Source: Synechococcus elongatus PCC 6301
GTDB lineage: Bacteria > Cyanobacteriota > Cyanobacteriia > Synechococcales > Synechococcaceae
NCBI RefSeq assembly: GCF_000010065.1
Contig: NC_006576.1
Location: 450,001 to 482,000 of the forward strand
DNA length: 32,000 bases
Reading direction: 5' to 3'
The notes beneath the pieces were generated by a model. That model was not told the origin of the DNA and searched no databases. It saw only the letters and a program-made list of their open reading frames with translations. Shown piece after piece: positions 9,296 to 15,244 of this stretch (within the stretch, counting starts at the first letter, position 1; every line of letters begins with the position of its first letter). A program made the position numbers and the translations under genes.

Positions 9296-10042
9296 ATGTC
9301 CATGCCTGGTGCGCTGCAAGCAGCCCTGTCCCAAGGTCGTGCACTGAAAGTGATTAGCGGCCTTGCTAACTTTGATGCCGATCTCGTTGCGGCAGTTGTG
9401 CGCGCAGCCGATCGCGGTGGCGCTACGTTCGTGGATATTGCTTGCGATGCCAGCTTGGTCCGTTTGGCGCGTCAACAGACAGCTTTGCCGATCTGCGTCT
9501 CTTCGGTAGAACCGACAGCGTTCTTGGCAGCGGTTGAAGCCGGTGCTGATCTGATCGAAATCGGCAACTACGACAGCTTCTACGCCCAAGGTCGGGAGTT
9601 CAGCGCCGCAGAAGTGCTGGAACTAACCCAAGCGACGCGAGCCTTGCTGCCGCAAATCACCCTGTCGGTGACTGTTCCCCACACTCTACCGCTGGACCAA
9701 CAAGCGACTTTGGCAGAACAACTGGTGGTTGCAGGTGCGGACATCATCCAAACCGAAGGCGGTACCAGCTCGGCTCCGACCCATGCAGGCGTTCTCGGCC
9801 TGATCGAAAAAGCAGCCCCGACCTTGGCAGCCGCTTCCGTGATTTCCAAAGCAGTAAACGTGCCCGTGCTCTGCGCTTCGGGCCTGTCGGATGTCACGGC
9901 TCCCATGGCGATCGCAGCCGGTGCAGCCGGCATCGGTGTTGGTTCAGCCATCAACCGCCTCGACAATGAGCTGGCGATGATTGCTGCAGTTCAACGCTTC
10001 GTTGAAGCCCTCGATCGCGCTCGAGTTGCTCAAGCACACTAA
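9296..10042 (+). CDS. ycf23: DUF561/Ycf23-like TIM-barrel protein
   Basis: The 248-aa ORF has an N-terminal ALKVISGLANFD motif and Ala/Gly-rich barrel strands typical of Ycf23 (hypothetical chloroplast RF23) homologues. Confidence 0.75.
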   Translation: MSMPGALQAALSQGRALKVISGLANFDADLVAAVVRAADRGGATFVDIACDASLVRLARQQTALPICVSSVEPTAFLAAVEAGADLIEIGNYDSFYAQGREFSAAEVLELTQATRALLPQITLSVTVPHTLPLDQQATLAEQLVVAGADIIQTEGGTSSAPTHAGVLGLIEKAAPTLAAASVISKAVNVPVLCASGLSDVTAPMAIAAGAAGIGVGSAINRLDNELAMIAAVQRFVEALDRARVAQAH

Positions 10043-10066
10043 TTTTCAGCCAGACTGAAAGTCAAA

Positions 10067-10108
10067 AAGCTCTTGTCAGGTTCACACTGCGACGAGAGCT
10101 TTTTTTTG
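10067..10108. terminator. Bidirectional rho-independent terminator between the convergent ycf23-like and pepN genes
   Basis: An 11-bp stem, AAGCTCTTGTC (10067-10077) with GACGAGAGCTT (10091-10101, one G-U), is followed by a T8 run on the plus strand. It is preceded by AAAAA, which reads as T5 on the minus strand. Confidence 0.75.
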
Positions 10109-10179
10109 TTACCGAAAAAAAGCGATCGCCCCAGATATCCGAGCGATCGCAGTCTTAAATCACTGCCAGTTCCAGCAGA

Positions 10180-12777
10180 TTACTGTTTTGATTCGAGGGC
10201 CAACAAACGATTTTGCAGCTTTTGATTTTCCTGCCGTAGCTGATCCATTTCCTCGCGCAATTGCCTCAAGGACTGATCTGGCCCCATTTGCTTCTGAACC
10301 CGAGCGATCGCTTCATCCCCCACCCGTTTGACTCGTCCATCAAGACTCATCCCTGCAAGGGATTGCAACAGGCTTAGGGCCTGCGGTGTTTTCATTCGAC
10401 CTAGCGACGTCACAACTGCCACTTGCGTCAGGAAGAAATCTTCTTGGGCAAGGCTGCGCAATGTGGCTAAAACGCGAGCGATCGCGGCGTCTGTTTGACC
10501 CGCAGAAACAGGACCCAGTGCCCGAATTGCAGCGAGTCGCAGCGGTTGCGGCACACCCCGCAAAGTTTGCGCCTCGATCAGCTCTAGGGCTTCAGCGGAA
10601 TCCGAGAACTGAGCTAACGCTGTTACGGCTGCCGATCGCACTACTTCATTCCAGCCCGATCGCTCTTTGAGAACACTCTTGAGGAGCTTGATCACTGCCT
10701 TATCTTTGCGATCGCCGGCGATCGGTTGGCTCGCCACCTGAGCCAACGCCGTAATTGCACTGGCTTCGGCGTAGTAGCTGGCGTCTCCCGCTTCAACGGC
10801 TGATTTCAAAGCTCGATAGCGATCGCGGCTGCGGCTTTGTCCGAGAGCAGTAAATACCGCCCGACGAACCCGAGGATCACTATCTTTGACGGCTTTAATC
10901 AGCGCCGTCTCCGCTGCTTCTAGGCCGATGCTGCCTAGTTGACCGGCAATCTCAGCGCGGACGCCCCAAAACGTATCTTTGTGGAGCGCATCAGCGAGGG
11001 CCGCGATCGCTTCCCGACCGCCCATTTTGGCGAGGGCTGCTGCTGCCTGAATCCGCGCCACCGGATCGGAATCGTGCTGCACCTGCGATCGTAGTTCGGC
11101 CAGCGGATAGTCCAGCTCGACAGTTTTGAGGGCGTGATTGCCGACATCAAAGCTGATGAAATCGGGCTTGGTTGCCAGCGGTAGATAGAAGGTTTGCTCC
11201 GCTTCGTGGATGCGGAGTCGGAAGACTTGGCTCTCGGTTTCCACGCTACGACCTCGCCCCCGCAACTGACAGAAGGCGATCGGCACGGTGAGGTCGAACA
11301 GATCCTTACCGTCCTTCGATTGTGTCTGCTGCACCGTCAACTTAGCGAGCTTGGCGTCAGCATCCCAGCTGTAGCTGACCTTGAAGTCGGGATGGCCGCC
11401 TCGGAAGACGTACTGGTCAAACAGCGGCAGCAGATTTCGCCCCGTGGTCTGCTCAATGCTGCGTAACAGGTCGACCGTCTCGACGGTTTGATGAGCATGT
11501 TGCTGCACAAAGCGATGGATCGAAGCCCAGAACAGCTCTTCACCCAGTTCCGTACGCAGCAGGTGATAGACGCAAGCGCCTTTTTCGTAGAGGTGGCGAT
11601 CGTAGAGTTCGATCGCCTCGCGGTAGACGTGGGTGACGATCGGCCGGCGGTAGCGATTGCGATCTTCGTCGAGGTAGCTGCGCAGCGTTTGTAGGCGATA
11701 GTAGGCAGCTTCCTCAGCACCGTACTCATGGTCAATCCAGAGACTTTCCGAGTAGGTGGCCATGCCCTCTTTGATCCAGCCGTGGGACCAGTGGCGAATC
11801 ACCAGCAAATCGCCAAACCATTGGTGCGCCAGCTCATGAGCCACTAGCGTCTCGGAGCTGCGGTTATCGATCGCGGCGCGTTCATCCAGCAAACAGCGAT
11901 CGGTCAGGAGAGTGCAGGCGGTGTTTTCCATGCCGCCAAAGATGAAGTCGTCGACACAGACTTGCGCGTACTGGACGAAGGGATAGCGATAGCCAAAAGT
12001 ACGGCTAAAGAACTCGACCATGCGTGGCGTTTTGCCCATGGTGCGCAGGCCCTGATCTTCGCGGCCTTTTTCGACGTAATAGCGGATAGGAATACCGTCC
12101 CAGCTATCCTCTAGTTCTGCAAAGTCACCCACCGCCAAGGTCATCAAATAGGTGGGATGCGGCTCCGACTGCCGCCAATGGAACTGTTGCTGTCCCCCAT
12201 GATCGGTGACCGCAATCGCCTCCCCATTAGAAATGGCACGGTAAGGCTTGGGCACCGTCACCTTCAGTTCGCTGGTTGCCAGTTGTCCCGGATAGTCGAA
12301 GCAGGGAAACCAGTAGCGTGAGTCTTCATCCTCGCCCTGCGTCCAAACCTGAACAGGCTTGTTGGGATAGTCCTCATCGGGCTGGATGAAGTAGAGCCCG
12401 CGCTGCGGGCGATCGAGGCGGTAGTGAATCGTGATTTCTAGCGATCGCCCAACTTTAGTGGCATTGGGCAGATGAATCCGCAGCTGCTCTCCGTCGTAGT
12501 CAAAACGAGCCGATCGCCGGCCAATATTGACCGCTTCAATCTGCTGTTGCACCGCATCCAGTTCCAGCAGTTCAATCCCATCGCGCACGGGCTTGAGACG
12601 GATCTGACAGGTTCCCGCCACCTGCTGCTGTTGCAAATCCAGCGTCAGATCTAGCGCAATATGTTCCACCTGCCCCGGGCGATCGGGCACGTAGTGCGGC
12701 TTAGCACCAGGCAATTCAAAACTGGGGCGATCGCCGCCATCAAAACCAAGCGAAAAAAAGCGGTGATGCTGGGGCAT
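10180..12777 (-). CDS. pepN: M1-family aminopeptidase N with C-terminal HEAT-like repeats
   Basis: The 865-aa ORF has the GGMEN exopeptidase motif and the zinc site HELAHQWFGD...WIKEG. The C-terminal ~300 aa is a repetitive Ala/Leu-rich HEAT/PBS-lyase-like region. Confidence 0.9.
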   Translation of the reverse strand: MPQHHRFFSLGFDGGDRPSFELPGAKPHYVPDRPGQVEHIALDLTLDLQQQQVAGTCQIRLKPVRDGIELLELDAVQQQIEAVNIGRRSARFDYDGEQLRIHLPNATKVGRSLEITIHYRLDRPQRGLYFIQPDEDYPNKPVQVWTQGEDEDSRYWFPCFDYPGQLATSELKVTVPKPYRAISNGEAIAVTDHGGQQQFHWRQSEPHPTYLMTLAVGDFAELEDSWDGIPIRYYVEKGREDQGLRTMGKTPRMVEFFSRTFGYRYPFVQYAQVCVDDFIFGGMENTACTLLTDRCLLDERAAIDNRSSETLVAHELAHQWFGDLLVIRHWSHGWIKEGMATYSESLWIDHEYGAEEAAYYRLQTLRSYLDEDRNRYRRPIVTHVYREAIELYDRHLYEKGACVYHLLRTELGEELFWASIHRFVQQHAHQTVETVDLLRSIEQTTGRNLLPLFDQYVFRGGHPDFKVSYSWDADAKLAKLTVQQTQSKDGKDLFDLTVPIAFCQLRGRGRSVETESQVFRLRIHEAEQTFYLPLATKPDFISFDVGNHALKTVELDYPLAELRSQVQHDSDPVARIQAAAALAKMGGREAIAALADALHKDTFWGVRAEIAGQLGSIGLEAAETALIKAVKDSDPRVRRAVFTALGQSRSRDRYRALKSAVEAGDASYYAEASAITALAQVASQPIAGDRKDKAVIKLLKSVLKERSGWNEVVRSAAVTALAQFSDSAEALELIEAQTLRGVPQPLRLAAIRALGPVSAGQTDAAIARVLATLRSLAQEDFFLTQVAVVTSLGRMKTPQALSLLQSLAGMSLDGRVKRVGDEAIARVQKQMGPDQSLRQLREEMDQLRQENQKLQNRLLALESKQ

Positions 12778-12872
12778 AGGACAAACTGGGCAGGAGCGCT
12801 GGGATCTACTCTAGTTCAGGGCTTGCCTTGCTCCGCTAAACTCTCTTCAGCTCATTTTTAAACCGGCCCAAC

Positions 12873-13391
12873 ATGGCAAGCGCACCTTGGGTTTTTGCCT
12901 ATGGCTCACTGATCTGGCGACCTGATTTTGCTTGGCAGGATCGCCAGCCTGCGGTGCTTCGCGGTTGGAAGCGGCGCTTTTGGCAACTGTCTACAGATCA
13001 CCGCGGTACGCCCAGCCAACCTGGACGGGTTGTGACCTTGGTTCCAGATGCACAAGCGGAATGCGTAGGAGTAGCGTTTCAGCTCATGGGTGACGTGGGT
13101 GCTATCCTCACGGCGCTCGACTATCGCGAGAAAGATGGTTATGACCGTCAAGAACTGGTGATTGAACTGCAGGATCAACGACAGGTCACAGCGATCGTCT
13201 ACGTTGCGCAAGCTCAGAATCCGCGCTTTGCTGGCCCAACCCCTGTCCCTGCGATCGCTGATCAAGTGCGACGCAGCTATGGCCCTAGTGGCAGTAACGC
13301 CGAGTATGTACTGCGACTCGACCAAGCGCTAACAGCTTTGGGCTGGGAAGACCCCCATGTGCGAGCGATCGCCAATCTTGTGGCAGCCTGA
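12873..13391 (+). CDS. ChaC-family gamma-glutamylcyclotransferase
   Basis: The 172-aa ORF has WVFAYGSLIW (the YGSLxW motif) and LDYREKDGY (catalytic Glu region). Confidence 0.85.
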   Translation: MASAPWVFAYGSLIWRPDFAWQDRQPAVLRGWKRRFWQLSTDHRGTPSQPGRVVTLVPDAQAECVGVAFQLMGDVGAILTALDYREKDGYDRQELVIELQDQRQVTAIVYVAQAQNPRFAGPTPVPAIADQVRRSYGPSGSNAEYVLRLDQALTALGWEDPHVRAIANLVAA

Positions 13392-13787
13392 GCTCTTCTG
13401 AACCTAATCGTTCAAGTCAGCCAGCTTTGCATCAGCCAAAACTAATTTGCATTGCCTTTGAATTTTAAATACAAAACTGAAAACTCTAGGGATTTGATTG
13501 ACCAGCTCCCAACCCGTTGGGAAGTACCTGTCGATTTTAGGTTGGATGATCTATCACCTGGTTTTCCTCGAAAAACTCAAGCATTACTTTTAAGATAATC
13601 CCGAAAAATTCACTTAAGCAAGCTCAAATTCATCAATCAACCAAAATCGTTCTTAGGAGTAATTTTTGCTTAAAAACATTTCCTTAATAAATCAAGTGAT
13701 CCATTTTTATTTCAGAGAGCTAGCTTATGAGTCAAGGGCGAATCAAAAATTGCTCTTGAGAGTTAAAACACTTAATTGGAGTCTGTC
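13392..13787 (+). promoter_or_regulatory. Long AT-rich non-coding region holding the promoter/5' leader of the GG-peptide operon
   Basis: This ~395-nt stretch has no ORF in the track and very low GC, and lies directly upstream of the first peptide gene. I could not pin down exact -35/-10 elements with confidence. Confidence 0.5.
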
Positions 13788-14066
13788 ATGTCTCAATTCA
13801 TTAATTTGATCAACGATCAAAATGCTCAGGAACTTCTAGGCGGAACTACCTACAATCCACCGAGCTATCCTTATCCTTCGTATCCAAAACACAGCTGGTC
13901 GGTTAAGCAGTCTGTGTATGCACCAATCAAGTCCGTAGCAGTTAGTAGTTCTGACGCTACAGCATTCAATATTGGTGTTAAAAATCTCTTCAGCCCACAA
14001 ATTGCTACAGCTACTGCAATTTCTGGAGCTACATCGACAGTTATTGGCGGAACTGTATCTGCCTAA
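13788..14066 (+). CDS. ebfG1: Double-glycine-leader secreted small protein, paralogue 1 (EbfG1-like)
   Basis: ATG at 13788 follows GGAG (13778-13781); the track ORF begins at an upstream TTG at 13776. The 19-aa leader is MSQFINLINDQNAQELLGG, with hydrophobic residues at -4, -7, -12 and -15 relative to GG. The 73-aa mature part has no Cys and is S/T/A/I-rich. Confidence 0.85.
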   Translation: MSQFINLINDQNAQELLGGTTYNPPSYPYPSYPKHSWSVKQSVYAPIKSVAVSSSDATAFNIGVKNLFSPQIATATAISGATSTVIGGTVSA

Positions 14067-14110
14067 AGTTCAATTAGTGGAAAGCATTCGTAAACTAACA
14101 GGAGATAATC

Positions 14111-14401
14111 ATGTCTAAACTCATTAATACTATCGATGACAACCATGCCCAATCCCTTGTGGGAGGGAGTGGTTATTCCATTCCTACGTATCCCAAACAT
14201 CCTTATCCTAACTACTATGGAAAGCCGTCATCGAGCGTTCAGCAGTCGGTTTCAGCGCCGATTACTTCAATTGCTGGCAGCAGCTCTAATGCACTTGCAT
14301 TCAATATTGGATCGTTTAACTTGGCGAGTCCTCAAATTGCTAAAGCAACTGCTGTATCCAGTGCCACTTCACTTGTCTATGGTGGGACTGTTTCAGCTTA
14401 A
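14111..14401 (+). CDS. ebfG2: Double-glycine-leader secreted small protein, paralogue 2 (EbfG2-like)
   Basis: The ATG follows the RBS AGGAG. The leader MSKLINTIDDNHAQSLVGG has the same -4/-7/-12/-15 hydrophobic pattern. The mature part aligns with paralogues 1 and 3 (QSVSAPITS...AFNIG...SPQIAKATAVS.ATS.V.GGTVSA). Confidence 0.85.
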   Translation: MSKLINTIDDNHAQSLVGGSGYSIPTYPKHPYPNYYGKPSSSVQQSVSAPITSIAGSSSNALAFNIGSFNLASPQIAKATAVSSATSLVYGGTVSA

Positions 14402-14415
14402 CTAGGCTGACATAG

Positions 14416-14449
14416 TGAAATGCTCATTACAGAGTTGATGAGCATTTCA
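14416..14449 (+). promoter_or_regulatory. Perfect 12-bp stem-loop between peptide genes 2 and 3
   Basis: TGAAATGCTCAT (14416-14427) pairs with ATGAGCATTTCA (14438-14449) around a 10-nt loop. There is no clear U-tract downstream (TTACTCCTTC). Confidence 0.6.
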
Positions 14450-14478
14450 TTACTCCTTCACTTTATGAGGAACGAATT

Positions 14479-14754
14479 GTGAATCAGTGGCTTGAGTCTA
14501 TCAATGATGATACTGCTCAACAGCTCTTGGGCGGTAAATTCTGGGGGAATAAATGGGGATTATATAAGCCCTCTAAGCCGATCTTAGGAATTGGTCAGAG
14601 TGTGACATCTCCAATTCAATCAAGTGCGATTAGTATTTCTAGAGCTACCGCAATTAATATTTCTATATTTAGCAACAATAGTCCTCAGATTGCTACTGCA
14701 ACATCTATCTCTGGTTCAACTTCTTTTGTAGAGGGTGGAGCAGTTACAGCCTAA
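14479..14754 (+). CDS. ebfG3: Double-glycine-leader secreted small protein, paralogue 3 (EbfG3-like)
   Basis: The GTG start follows GAGG. The leader is MNQWLESINDDTAQQLLGG with the same hydrophobic spacing. The mature part shares GQSVTSPIQS...NSPQIATATSISGSTS.VEGGAVTA with paralogues 1 and 2. Confidence 0.8.
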   Translation: MNQWLESINDDTAQQLLGGKFWGNKWGLYKPSKPILGIGQSVTSPIQSSAISISRATAINISIFSNNSPQIATATSISGSTSFVEGGAVTA

Positions 14755-14901
14755 CCAAAAACTAATTAAAACAATATACTCATTAGACCTATAAATCTAC
14801 TTGTATTATGAACTTTTAAGTACACATTTAAACTATTTTATTTGCGATTATATTTCTTTAGTTTTATGTCTTGTTGTTCAATGTTGTTTGAGGGCATCGA
14901 T

Positions 14902-15150
14902 ATGCAAGTTGAATTTGATTTGATTACAGATTTGTCAGATGGGCAAGCTGAGATGGTGACAGGAGCATTATTGCAAACAGCCAATTCAGTAGCAGCAGCA
15001 ATTGCAAAATCAACTGCGATCGCTCCTACTGGGATTGCAATTAGTGCAGGAACTGTCGCCAATGCACTTTCTATTGCTCAGAATATTGGTGTGAGTACAG
15101 TCACATCACCTTCTATACGAGTCCCCATTAACGTAGCTGTCAATCTTTAG
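14902..15150 (+). CDS. ebfG4: Divergent GG-type (Gly-Ala) leader secreted small hydrophobic protein (EbfG4-like)
   Basis: The track ORF starts at 14842. ATG at 14902 follows GAGGG (14890-14894). The 22-aa leader MQVEFDLITDLSDGQAEMVTGA has V-4, A-7, L-12 and I-15. The 60-aa mature part is A/I/V/S/T-rich with no Cys. In-frame ATGs at 14866 and 14881 are alternative starts. Confidence 0.7.
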   Translation: MQVEFDLITDLSDGQAEMVTGALLQTANSVAAAIAKSTAIAPTGIAISAGTVANALSIAQNIGVSTVTSPSIRVPINVAVNL

Positions 15151-15182
15151 CCAGTGCGATCGCAAGTATTTGGACTCTGGAA

Positions 15183-15223
15183 ATTGAGGGTGGGTAATAC
15201 CACTCTCAATCTCTGATATTTTT
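15183..15223 (+). terminator. Candidate attenuator/partial terminator between the peptide genes and the exporter gene
   Basis: An 11-bp stem, ATTGAGGGTGG (15183-15193) with CCACTCTCAAT (15200-15210, one G-U), has a 6-nt loop. TTTTT (15219-15223) follows 8 nt downstream. Confidence 0.4.
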
Positions 15224-15244
15224 CATCCTTCACTCTTAAGTATC

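Noticed and set aside
13727-13759. 10-codon mini-ORF (MSQGRIKNCS) in the leader upstream of peptide gene 1
   Set aside because: It is very short, has no obvious RBS and lacks a GG motif. The shared MSQ start with gene 1 is probably coincidental, though it could be a uORF. I have no evidence for that.
14838-15062. 74-aa minus-strand ORF antisense to peptide gene 4, and 63-aa ORF at 15147-15338 (-)
   Set aside because: The first mirrors the Ala/Ile-rich sense gene and lacks an RBS. The second spans the intergenic hairpin and the 5' end of the exporter gene. Both are probably chance ORFs.
13788-15150. Interpreting the four peptides as lanthipeptide, cyanobactin or other RiPP precursors, or as classical class II bacteriocins
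   Set aside because: The mature regions have no Cys. No LanM/LanB/LanC, cyclodehydratase, PatA/G-type protease or radical-SAM genes occur in or near the island. There is no small hydrophobic immunity gene. The mature peptides are not cationic or amphipathic.
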